Positions 1-12,800 of a stretch of 64,000 nucleotides of DNA are shown here, piece after piece. The notes below the pieces were generated by a model. That model made no database searches. It saw nothing but the letters and a program-made list of their open reading frames with translations, and was not told the origin of the DNA. Origin of the DNA: Heterodontus francisci (Eukaryota); assembly GCF_036365525.1 (NCBI RefSeq), contig NC_090405.1, forward strand, positions 52,058,308 through 52,122,307, in the 5' to 3' direction. Both the position numbers and the translations under genes were made by a program. Positions within the stretch are counted from its first letter, which is position 1. Each line of letters begins with the position of its first letter.

Positions 1-1530
1 CAGCATACCACACTGTATTTTCACAGTGGAAAATCTGAGAACACCTTTTATATTGTGGTTTCCCACATTCAGAAGGCTCCACTGCTTTGGTTATAGCTTT
101 ATGTGTCCTATAGAACTTTTAAAAATAATCAAAAAATATCCTCACTCTAAAAAACCCATCCCTTCCCAGGTTTTCCTTCCAAAATCGTTCTCTCATTAAG
201 AAACCTGTTGAAAGGAGGAGAAAAGGTAAGATGAAACAATAAGTCCTGGTTGAAAGGTAGCAAACTTGTAATTAAAAACCCTGTAGATTAGAAGTGGAAG
301 GGAAAACAGTGGGAAGTAAGGTGCTGGAGAGTACCAGATGATAGAATTCAACCCAATGAGATTACAGAGAGTAGGAATATCATGTCGAACAAACTATTTA
401 GTGTCGGAGGAACACGATACGAATTTTCAGAGGAGCAATGAGCATAGTGGTATCGAATTTGGATACATTATACATGTGTAACGGGTGTTGTATGGCCTAC
501 TCCTGCTCCTATTTCTTATGTTATGTTGTTTACAGCCATGTAAAATAATTCATGGAAATGTGAATTAAAACTTGCAAAGATTGTATTACAATGGTCAGAC
601 TGGTGCAAACTCAACCATTCTGCAAATTGTTAAAATCAGTAGGGAAAGGATCATTTTTAAATACTGGAAGTGAGTCTTGACAGGTAGCTTGGGACATGGA
701 GTACAGCTGAGGTATTTGTTCATAAACTTGACTTTTTCTTAATTCTACCGGTTAAGTATTCCATGTGGGAACATAAGCACATTCTGAGGTCAACTAAGAC
801 CAATTACTGTTGTTTACAGAAGATTCTCCAGATTGTTAGGTGCTTAGCTGACCATCTCAGGGAGGGGTCGGGTTATCTCCAGGTCAGTGAAACCAAGAGG
901 AAACGTTTAGCGTTCCTTCTGTGTTCACTTTTCTGAAAAAAAATGTTCAGTTGTGATTTGTTGATGACTCTAATATGTCTTTTGAAGTATGGCAGATGCA
1001 TTATGAAACTTTACAGTATATATAAAATGGATACTGTTCGTGATTGCTAGTGATATGAGGGCCATCACGGTTGAATAGCCTCCCAACGGAGGATCTTGGC
1101 TCATACATGAAGAATAAGGTCTTTGGTGAGATATTGGACAGCAGCCAGCACCCATGGAAATGTACACCAGCCACAGTCTGAAAAGGCAATATCTAAACTC
1201 CATCAGCTCAGTGGTAGTGCTCTCGCCTCCGAGTCAGCAGGTTGTGGGTTCAATCCTCATTCTGGAGACTTGAACACAGAATCCAGGCTGACACTTCAGT
1301 GTAGTAGTGAGGGAGTGCTTGATCTGTCTGAATTTCGGATAAGTTGTTAAGCCAAGACACCTGCTAGTGAGAGGTTAAAATCAGGCAGGATGTCAACACT
1401 GTTGAACAGCCTGTTCATAGTCAATGCCTTTAAAATAGGGGGAAAAACCCAAAAGTGTACAAAACAACTGAGTTTCAGATGTTAACCTCAACCCAGTATG
1501 CATAAAAAACATTTTTTTTTTTTAAATAGA

Positions 1531-1536
1531 TTTATT
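1531..1536 (-). terminator. Candidate VPS33B polyadenylation signal (AATAAA)
   Basis: tttatt on the + strand at the end of an AT-rich stretch, ~2.2 kb downstream of the stop. Confidence 0.5.
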
Positions 1537-3729
1537 ACACATTATACACAGTTCAGCACGACACAATTTCACAGTTCTAAAGCTTAACAGTATTCTGTAC
1601 AGCCGAAATTTCACATCCTCTGAAACCAAAACTTTCAAATCTTACCGATAATAAATGTTGCTGGTACTTAAATCGCATATTATCCTAAGCTGCAACAGTC
1701 CAATTCAAATAGGTCTTTTGACATTAACTACTAAAGTAGCTACACTTTTAACATGCTAAAGTAAATTGGATAGAATTTGAAAAGGAAGAATGTAAAAACA
1801 TACGAGGAAGGGGCAGGGAAATGGAATTAGAGGGAACTGCTTCAGTTGAAGAGCACTTGTGAGATGGAACACATGGCCTCTCCCTCTGCATTGTTATTTC
1901 TGATACGATTTATAATTGTTAATTTTTTAATTCCAAGTGTTACCCCTTCTAGTTGGTGCTAGAAAAAGTTGGACACATTTTTAGAAACAAATAAGATAAA
2001 CTGTATGTTCGTATCAGGGAGATTAAGATAGATGATTTTATGTGTTTTATATATTTTGCAGATATTAATTTTAATCAGCAACTTATAGTCACAGCTATGC
2101 AAAAGATCAGAGTAACAGTGCTCTACATGGGAAAATCACTGAGAAACTAAAAAGCATCTACTTTGGTATGGCTCACTGTGATACGATCAGCAATGTCCCA
2201 GGTACGATGCTTGGTCTGTCCTGAGTCACCTGATTACAGACAGGACAGTAGTTCAGGGGATTACAATTGGTCTCAAACACCCCTGGACTTGAGAGAGGAA
2301 AGATCAGCCAGGGTTCCCACTCCTGATTTCTGTCTAGTCGGTGCCGATATAAAGTGTGTCAGAGCAGACAGTATTAGCTTTGCTGTAATTCTCTCCATCT
2401 TATTCCCCACGCCCCCACTCCACTCCCCACATGCTTGAATGAAAACATCAATTGGCTGAAGTACCAGAAGTCAGAACCCAGGAGTTAGTGCCTTCATGAG
2501 AGTAGAAGATATAAAAGATATGAATATTTTAAACTTTAGGATCTATTAAATAAATGCACTCCCTCAAACACCTGATGCACAAATCATGGCTATTTACAGA
2601 GGTTTCATGTGTTTGCAGGACAGAATAGTTCTAGTACTACAGCAACTTTGGTATAAAATAAAACTGATTTAATTAAAATGGGCCCTCAACATTCACTGTG
2701 CAGCAACCATGACATTTCCTCACAGAAATGGCATTCCACATCATCTTCCATTCTTAATCTATACCATATTCCAGAAGAGAAGGCTAAATGTTTCATTTGA
2801 GATCCTTTGTCAGATAAGGAAGAGACCCAATGCAAAATATTAACCTGTATTTCTCCTTCAGGTGCAGATGTTGGACATTTTCATTAACCATTTTTATTAA
2901 CCCAGATTCCCTGTATATTCCCTGTTATCCTTACCTGACCTTCACTCCCCAATTTTAATATTTGACAATTCCTTAACATAATTCCAGTTCTCCAAATCCC
3001 TTCCATTCAGTAATTGGTGAGGTCTCATAGATAAAATAATGATCAGCATTTATGTTCTTGGCTGTCCGAGGGACTGGTCACGGGGACAAGTGAATCAAAC
3101 GTGGAATTTCCAATGTCAGATCAAATTATCTCGTCATTATCAAACTCAAATTTCTGGGAGCTTGCTGTGCTTCAAACTGATTGCCACATTTGCCCAAGAA
3201 GCAAGTTCATTGGCTGTAAAGCGCTCCAGGGATGTGAAAGACAGTGCACAAACACAAGCTCTTTCTTTCTGATCTCCAAACTCAAGCTTTCTTCCAAAAC
3301 CTGTCCCAGTGCAATGTAAATCCAGCTCTCTCGGGCTTTAGCCGAGGCAAATGTGTTGCCTATTCACTACTTCTGCCTTTTAAGATGGAATCCATTCTGC
3401 CCTCCCCTAAATAAAAGTTCAAATTCCTCTGCCAACCAATCAAGAGATGGATTTCAATAGACCCAGCTCACGAATCATATTTCCACATAGCCATTTAACA
3501 GGCTCAGTACCTCAAAAAACCCTGGCCACGGGTGAAGGTTTAAATCTCACAATGTGCCTGTAGTTTCGTCAGAAGTTAGTGAGGCATTATAGCCCTGCTT
3601 TTCGCTATTAGACTCCAGTCAGTTAGTTCATAATGAGGTCGAGGCAAGTTTCGCTTCTGTCTTCTCTGCTAGACTTAATTTTGCTCCATCTCACTGTAGC
3701 TCTGTTGCTGAGAGGAAGCTGGTGCCTGC

Positions 3730-3809
3730 TCACGAACGTAATTCTAACAGAGATTCCAACATCCGAAAACTGTTTGTGATGGCTGTAGTAACGAAAACAA
3801 ACTTGTATC
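3730..3809 (-). CDS. VPS33B: VPS33B exon 23, coding part (80 nt)
   Basis: tag|[25 protein letters not shown] then TGA. Confidence 0.94.
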
Positions 3810-6800
3810 CTATGTTTAAAAAAAAAAGTGAAAAAATAGATTTGTTTGGAGTCAAATATAATCCCCCTATCAACTAGCAGCTGTGTGAAGTGCCAATTTG
3901 GTCTCCTCCGTTCCTGCTCTCCTGATGTCATTGAGTCATGATTGGCTGAAGCTCCATAGGTGTAAAACTGCCTGTTAGCAGCCTGACACCAGCCTGTCCA
4001 CTGCCTCTTGTGTGATCCTAGATAGACCATGGGGGCAGGGGAGTCAGAGCCAAGACTGATCCTGCCTTAACCCAGCATCCACATACTCAGATTTTCCAGC
4101 AGGGCCACTGGACAGAAATCAGGAGTGGGAACGCAGGATAATTTTATTTCTTCACCCTTCCCTGGCCCAGGGAAGATAGAGCAGAGGAGGTGGCCATTTG
4201 GCCCATCCTTCCTGTGACAGCTCTTTGGTAGAGCTATTAATTCCACCCTCCGCTCTTTCCCATAGCTCTGTTTCTCCTTCAAATATTTATCCAATTCTCT
4301 TTTGAATCTGCTTCCACCGCCGTTTGAGGCAGTACACTTCAGATCATAACTCACTGTGTAAAAAAAAAAGTTTCCTCATGTCTTCTGTGGTTCTTCTGCC
4401 AATTAAATCTGTGCCCTGTGGCAACCAAACATTCCGCCAGTGGAAACTGCCCATTGTATCATCCCTACTGCTGCCCTGGATGAGATCAGTTAATGCAGTG
4501 CAGGCCAGAGATTGAATTTAGGAAGCTTCTAGCCTTTATAGCACACTACCACGCTAGGCAGTGAATTCTCCCACTGAGCCACCAGGAGAGCTCAGCCATT
4601 GGTCTGAGTGATAACCCAGGCCCAAAATATTTTTCTTTCGGATCTCCACAGCTCTCATTTCTCCAACCGTTTTTATTTTGCCATTACAGAAGCGAAGCCC
4701 CTGCTTTCATTCACATTATTTTAAATACACAGCTTCACAGGAACGATCAGTGGATAGTGTTGATGGAAGGCGCTGAGGAAAGACTTGTGCACTTATTGAT
4801 CCCAGATAATTATTGTTACCTTTCTCTCTGCCCAGGAACCTCAGTGCTGCAATTTCCGAGAACGTGCAGCCTCCGAGAAAAACCACAAGAATGACTCTCT
4901 GTGCATTGCCAGAACACCCCGCATCCATGGATCTTTCTAGAAAAAAACATGGACAGCACTTCAGACACATTATCAACAGAGCTACGATCTGGGATTAGGC
5001 CAGAAGATGCTAAAGTTAGAGAGTAAATTTTCTTTTCCCACCCTTTCCTGTCTCCCGACTACACTGCCTCTTGATTCCATGCAGCTCCACTGGAGGTGCC
5101 ACACACCAACACCTCACACAAGTGACCAAATCATTATGTGCGAGCCCCAATAGAGTTGTACCAGATAATTCAGTCCTCACCTGATAGTCAGTCAAACAGC
5201 TAGTCAACAACTCTTTGGCCATGCTCATATATGATCAGCAAGGAGCTGGAGGACTTTCAATGTCCATGAATCTGTACAGCAGCAGCCCTCAGCATTCTTT
5301 AGGATGTGAGGGGAACAGAAGCCAACACAACAGCTTAGTGCACTCTGTAGAGAGCACCAGCATCTGATCAGGTCACAGATCTGAGCAATTCAGAAACTTA
5401 CCTATAGTGATAAATTCATTGCTGTTTAGTAATCGTGACACCTCCTCCATTCCTGCCCAGCTGTCACGTTCCAGCACCTGACGGAATACAAAAACTCTGA
5501 ACATGGAATAGAGAGAGAGAGAGCGCGAGCGAGCGGGCACATCCTGCATATAGCACATTGATCACAACAAAATATCCCAAGGATCAGCGTAAATGGAGGA
5601 AAGAAACTTTGGTCAGAAGTTGAGAGAAGTGAAGGAAGGTAGGCAGAGGTGAAGGTTGGAACAGAGGTAACAAGATGAAGGGGGTAGTGACTGAAGGCAT
5701 TGCCACTGGCAGTGGAGCAAGGGGTGGGGTTGCACCAACAGACCGAAAGCACTGACTGTGTAAGCGGAGAATAATACAGCTACGGTGTTTGTCAGAACAA
5801 TGCAGCAATAGACGGTCACAGACACAGATACAAAGACACACTCATTAGTGAAAGGTTTTTGCTTACAACGTGTGTTTACTGTTATAATCAGTCAAAATTC
5901 AGGAAATATATTGATGCCCAACAAACTAAACTAATTTATTCCACAACAACCAAAGAAATGCATTTAAATATTTCAAAATATACAGCTTCATATGAATTTA
6001 ATTAAATAGAAACAAAGCAAGATGGGTTTATTCTCCTTGCTGTTTAGATGTAGGATTCCCCTTCTAGGTGTCAGACAGCATTAAACATACCTGTTCTATA
6101 ATCTTGCAACTCAGTGGAATGTATGCACCACTAAATACATAGGCCATGTCCCGTGGCACCTTCAGATCGTACTCTTCCTCTGTGCGGGGGATCTGGAAAT
6201 GGATGGGAGAAGATGCTGGGTGCTATGGCACGGGAAATAGATAAATCATTGTACACAGTATAGAAGGAAACCATTCGGGCCATTGAATCTACACCATTGT
6301 TAGTAAAGTGGAGGGTGCACAGCGAATTGCCTGCTAGGTGAAAGTGCAGTGGTCTAAACCCCAGGTATCATAAATGAGTTCATTAAAATAAAACAAATAA
6401 GCTTACAGATGCAATTACTGCCACACTGCTTAGTCTGAGCTGGAAGTAGGTTTAAAATAACAAAGTACAGAGTGGGAAACAGTCATTCTGCTCAGTAAAC
6501 AAGCTCCCTGCAATTTGCCCCATCAAGTCTCCTCAACCCGTTCAATCTTTTAAGGGAGACAACAAATCACACTGAATGTTGCCAGGCTATTTCACTATAG
6601 GAAGCATCACCACTGAGCTGAATTGTATCCTCACATGTACAATCCAGCTGCTGATCAGTGATCTCCCTAGCTTAGGGGTGCTGTGGTAAACTATCAGTCA
6701 ACTCAGCACTAACTGAATCAGGGACTCTGCTGCTGAGAGTATTGGTCAGTTCCACACTGGGTGCAGCACTTATCCTGTGAAACATCAGGGGAGCTTGGGC

Positions 6801-9800
6801 ATTTTTTCCCAATTCATTTGTACTGTTTATTCCAGTGCTTACCAGGTTCAGTCGTTTGCTCAAAGCTCTGAAATGGCTTTTCCTGGCCAGAGATGAAAAG
6901 GCATCAGTCAACTTCCCTGAAAATAAATGTTTCAAATTTCATTTAATTATATAAAAATCACCAGGCAGGTAAACAAACAATATATATGCAATGGAAACTG
7001 GACCCAGAGACAGCATGGTGTTGGAGCTGCAATGTATGGTGCCAAAGACTGTAAGGAGAGCTGTTTGAGCTTGTGCCATACACAGATTAGCAGCCATGGT
7101 CAGCATTGGTGGGACAGAGCTTCACAACAAAGCAAAGAGAAGACCAGGGAATATATTAAGAGTGAAAACTGGTAAAAGAATTTATACTACAGATCTTCCT
7201 CCCATGCACTCCTGAAGGCACTGGCTTTTGCTGGGGTACAGTCCCAAGGACACCATGTGCCCTCTGATATCTTGTCCAAGTGCCTGTTTTTCTTGGGCAA
7301 ACCCAGATAGTGAGAGATGGCAGGTTGTTTCAACAAGGGAGTCATCACAGATAAGCCCAACCCTACCCTCACCCAATGTCCACACATCTGCACTGGACAA
7401 AAGAAAATTAGAAGTTGCATTTTATGGCTTCAGGACATCCCAAAGTGCTTTACAGTCAATGAAACACATTTGAAGTTCAGTCACTGTTGTAATGCAGGTA
7501 ACAGACAGTCAGAATACACACAGCAAGATCCCACAAACAGCAATGTGATAGAGATCTGATAATCTGTTTTAGTGATGTTGATTGAGGGATAAATATCGGC
7601 CAGGACATCATGGAGAACTCCCCTGCTCTTCTTTGAAATAGTGCCATGGGATCACTTACATTCACCTAAGGCAGCAAACACAGCCTTGGTTTAATGTCTC
7701 ATCTGACAGCACCTCCACAGTGCAGCACTCCAGCGTCAGTCTAGATTATGTGCTCAAGTCTCCGGAGTGAAGCTTGAAACTCAGAGGCAAAAATGTTACC
7801 CACAGCTGACACTGTAAGAAGCAGGAACCTGCATTGCTGTAACACATCTACCTACACTCCAGCTGAGGTTAGACAACCCAACACCATCCAAGTGTCTGGT
7901 ATGTATGAGTCAGTTCCACCCTAGGTGGTATGCCCACAAACTGAATCATCAGGAAAACAATTTTTAAAAACGATGGAGGAGAAAACATACCCTTATGACG
8001 TGATGAAAATTTCAGTCTTCAAGAATCTACTGCACCTTTCACTGTCCCATTATGACATGGTTATAGCCTTGCCTGGCTTGAACACTACGTACGATGCAAA
8101 TAAAGCTCCTAAAATCTTCCAACATCTGGTATATTGCCAATTATGTTTCCAGTGTCTCCTTACCGACTGCCTTGTCTGTCACGAGCTTCCCCATGGTGCT
8201 CTCCACCGCTGTCAGAGTCTCTCCCGGCTGCTGTTCTGTCAGCAGTCCAATTTGTTTCAGGTTGGCGAATGTCAGGATGTGATCATAACCATAACTCTGG
8301 AGGGGAATAAATGTGAATGGGGTTGCAGATCAGGACAGTGAACACAAGTAGAGCTCCAAAAGGAAGTGGGCTGTTAATTGTTGTTAGATGTACTGTGCAC
8401 AATCTGTAATAAAGCATGCAGTAAAGATATACTTGTCAACAACCCCACTCAAGCTTTAAATGGAAACAATTCAGATTCAATCTGGTTACAGTGGTCACTA
8501 TATCTGCCACAGCATTACAGCAGAAGTCAGATCCCCCACAATCATAAAGATCCCCATTTCATAACTTGTCATTTACAGACCAAGTCCCCATTCATAAAAT
8601 CAGGAACTGCAAAACCAACAGTTTTATTATATTCAATGAAGACAAGTTGGTCAGGTGCCCGGTGAGCTGATGTGCCTTTACACCGTGTAAAGGTGATCAA
8701 TAATGGATGGTGCCTGAGGTCGCTATAGAGTAACTCTCACTGTTTGCTTCAATCACATTGTGTATCAGATCACACTGTCAATTTCATAGTTGGGTCGACA
8801 ATGTATTGATTAATCACAGCCTCTGTGTGTGGGTGTCAATTTCCTCCTTTGTTTAATATATCAGTTAGCCATGGGTAAATGAATGGACAATCCTGCTTAG
8901 TGATGAGTACAGCCATGGATATGGCACTAAGAACAAAAATCCAGCAGTTCTAAATGTGTTTTTGGCAACTGCGGGAAAAGCACGACATCAACATGATCAC
9001 CTTAAGCAGATTCTGTTGCAGCACTGATGCCTCCAGATAAATCTGATATATCAGAGCATAAGTAGTTTCAAAAATGAATAAACCACGATTAGAGACGGCG
9101 AAAGTCATTATGTTTCTTTGCCTGCCAACTCTATCCTTTATCCTTATCAGTAATCCAACATCATGGTACAAGAAGAAATTAAAGCTCAATGGAGTTCAGC
9201 ACCTTTGAATGAAAGTGAACTGTAACGTATGAATCTGACCTTAGCGGAGAGCAGGAACTTGCCAGTTTGATAAACGGGTATCCATATTATCCCTTAGATA
9301 CCAAGCTAATAGCCAGGTTTGGTGGAAATTATTAGGCTTGCAATTCTGTATACTTTACCTTCTATGTTGAAATTTGAGGAATGATAATCACAATAATCAG
9401 CATTTAAATCAAGGCTTTGTCCCTTTTTTATTCCTATTAGCCAACTTCTATTTGGTGATTACTAAACTGTAAAATAATAGATTTTGGCCTCAGAATTTTC
9501 TTTTGTGCTGTGTTGTAATGGATGCAAAATGGCTGCTGTTTTCCCACCGGCTGCATTTGCTGACAACGCAACCACTAGGTGGCACAGTACTGGCACGTGC
9601 GCAAATGCAGCCTCATCCACTGAAACGTCACTGTTTGTGACGTCTCTGGAGCTGCCAGTATTATAGATGGTTCTGCTCAATTTGCCACAAAAAGTAAATG
9701 CAGCCTTAAATCCAAACCCCACAGTGGCTGTGATCGCTGCCTCCCTCCCACCCCAACAGTACCTGTGCTAGTACAGAACCAAATAACCTCATCTTTCAAT

Positions 9801-12800
9801 TTGCTCTTTGTATGATGCTTATTATTCTAAAATATTGGTTTTAAAAATAGATTCTTGGGGCTCATTCTCTTGCACAATTCCAGCAATGCAAATGGATTCC
9901 GGGCTATAATTCAGATGGAAGCCATCGCACTTCTCTTCGCCGCTCCCCCCTCAGCCATTCGCTCCTTCCCTCGTTGCTCCCCCAGCTCGGCCGCTCTCTC
10001 CCCGCTCCCCCATTCCTCCCACTCCAGATGGCAGCTCACTCCACGCCTCGCCACTTCCCTTTTCTTAGGCACTAGCTCCTGCATCGCCCTATCACCCCCC
10101 ACCCCCCCCCCCCCCAACCCCCTCGGCCGCTTGCTCCCCAGCTTGCCGTTTTGGCAGCTTGTTCCCTTCCCCTGTCCCCCACCACCCCCCCTATTCCTTC
10201 GGGCGGTGCCGAAGGGGGCAGCAACAAGGGCGGGTGTGAGCGGCTGATGGAAGGTGGCGGGGAGTGAAAGGTTAAATGTGGAAGCGGTGAGGCGGGGAGC
10301 GAACGGCCCCGTTCTGGCACGCGATGACATTTTAGAGCGCATGCACGAATTAGTCCTGATAAGCTGGGCGCTGACGTAGGCTGTGCCTGCGCAGCACCGC
10401 ACTGACAGGAAGACACTTCTGCTCATGTGCACAGCTGGAAAGGCACTGATGACGTTGGCGCTTAGCTGCGTTGTGAGGAGTTACTTTGTTTCCCACCCTC
10501 CTCCTGATGGCACTGACCTGTGCTGGGGTACAACTCCAAAGATGCTAGCAGTCTTTTGATGTGTGAATCAAGGTCTCTTGACTGGTCCATGAGCCCAGCA
10601 TGCCTACCAGCCACTTGACTGTGAGGACATCACACTTGAATCGGATACTGTCCTGACAGCTATGCATGCACTTTCCAACAAGAGTTCCTAGATAGCGACA
10701 TAGAATAGAGCCCTGACCTAACTATCCCCTCACTAACCCAGAGGTATGACAACCCTATTGCTGCGCTGGCTGAGATGAGTTGTCTCAGCAAAGATGTCCA
10801 CAGCTAACAGTGCAGGTACCTAAAGTAAAATTAGAGATGAAATAAATTAGATAGGTGTTAAGCATCTACACTCTGCCTATTCTTACCTACATGCTCCTTA
10901 AGCATCAAATCAATACCAATAACACCCATCTTTACCACTTCAACATCACCACTGCCTCCACGCTTGTTGTGGTGCTCTCTGACATCATCAAATCATGGAT
11001 GAGCCACAGCTGTTTTGTGTGTAAGCATCTTCGAACAGAAACATTGGGTACAAACCTCCAAATCCTGCTCCCACCCCAATGTTTGCTCCGGATAATGGAC
11101 TTGCTCACTGCCCTCTAACTCTCAGCTGAACCTCAAACCCCCGCATCTGGTCCAACACCAAGAGTGCCTATTTTCTCCCACATCATAGCACCAATTTCTG
11201 TCCCCGCCTCATTCCTCACCATTGCCAAAACCCTCATCCAATGCTGTCATCACTTCCAGACTTGGTTTTTCTGATGCTGGCTTCCTGAGTTTCATTTACG
11301 TTAACTTCAACTGATCCAGTTTCTGCTGCCCATGTTCTATTATGTATCGGGTAAATGTATTGTCTTGTTTATTTATCAACCTTGTCCATGTGATTTCCAA
11401 TGGCACCCCATCATTTGCACATTGACTTCAAAATCCTAATCCTCAATTACAAATCCTTTCATGGCTTTGCTCCACCCTACTACTGTTTTCAGCCCTCCTT
11501 GCCATTCGCTTCCTCTGCTTTTCCAACTCTGGTCTATTGTGTCTTGTTTCCTGCCACCTGGTCCCCCTCTCTGCTTCATAATCTCTGGCAGAGCCTTCAG
11601 CTGTTATGCCTTTGAACTCTGGAATTGCCAATAAATCCCTTTATCTTGTTACATCTCTATCCATCTTCAGTAACTTCCTCAAAACTTACCTCTTCAACCA
11701 TGCCTTCATCACTGCCCGCAATTCATTTTCCAATTTCTACTAGTTTCCAATCCAAATCAAGTGGGAGTTGTTGCCAAGCTTATGTTTTAAAAGACTGTTT
11801 GGAAGTATTTTTGAGGTCCTAGTAAAGAATGAGGTAAGCTAGCATATAGTACAATTAAATATTGATTTCGGCACCAAGGATGCAAGGGAGAGAAGGGCCA
11901 TTAAGATTGGTGTATTTGTAGCTTGCAAGGAAGAAGAGAGCAAAAGTCAGAGCAATAATAGTTATAGTAGTATTAATAAGATAAAGATAAATTTTGATAA
12001 AATTGAGACAGATTAGAGGCTAGCGATGAGTAAGGGGTTGCCTGTCACGTGAAGCTTTCTCCTGTATCCTACCTAGGAGTCCAAAAAGCTGTTGGAAGGC
12101 TCTCACCAAACATGGAAGCAGTATTAAAGCCTTGGTCAGAGCTTGGCATTAGTTAATAAGTGTGAAAATACACTTGCAAAGTGCAGTCAAAATCAGACAC
12201 ACAGACAGCACTTCAGTGCCCTACATTTATATTGCAGGAGTGTGACTGTGTGAGTTAAAAGATTGTTTTGTTTTAAGTAAATGTGCATAGGTGTGTGAAA
12301 GCTGCCCATGGGATTCACATAAGTAAAATTCACCAAATTGTACTGAGTTTGGTATGAGCTTATGGTGGCTGGGGTTACAAATTGTTCCTAAGCTCATAAG
12401 CTGTGGAAGATTAGTCTAATGAAAGGAAAGAACTGCAGAAGGAAATGAAACCCAGCCTGGTAGAAAACTCTTCCATTTGGAACATGCAGCCAGGTTCAGT
12501 TGCTCTCATACCACTGAAAGAATGTTTCAGGTTCATCGTTATTAGTATGGTTCTGTAGAAGTCTGCAGTTTCAATAGTGTCAAAATTCCAGCAAGCCACA
12601 TTCTGGTTTAAACACTTGGGGGCCTGATTTTAACTGTGCAAGTGGGTGGGTTTTGAGTTAGTTAAAATCTCACCCTTGGTTTTAGAATGTGTAAAAATCA
12701 GAGTTGCATTATGAATCTCAAACCTACACAAAGAAGGCAGACAAAAGAGAATGGAATGAGAGAAAGACGGGAGTAGAAGTGAGAAAGGAGAGAAATGGAT

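Noticed and set aside
970-1203. GYSTVMALISLAITNS frame as the VPS33B last exon
   Set aside because: The true last exon at 3730-3809 has a proper acceptor, correct phase and a better VPS33B match.
1203-1265. tRNA-like sequence (gctcagtggtag...gggttcaatcc); similar at 25133 and 42580
   Set aside because: Continues into SINE body sequence; these are tRNA-derived SINE heads, not tRNA genes.
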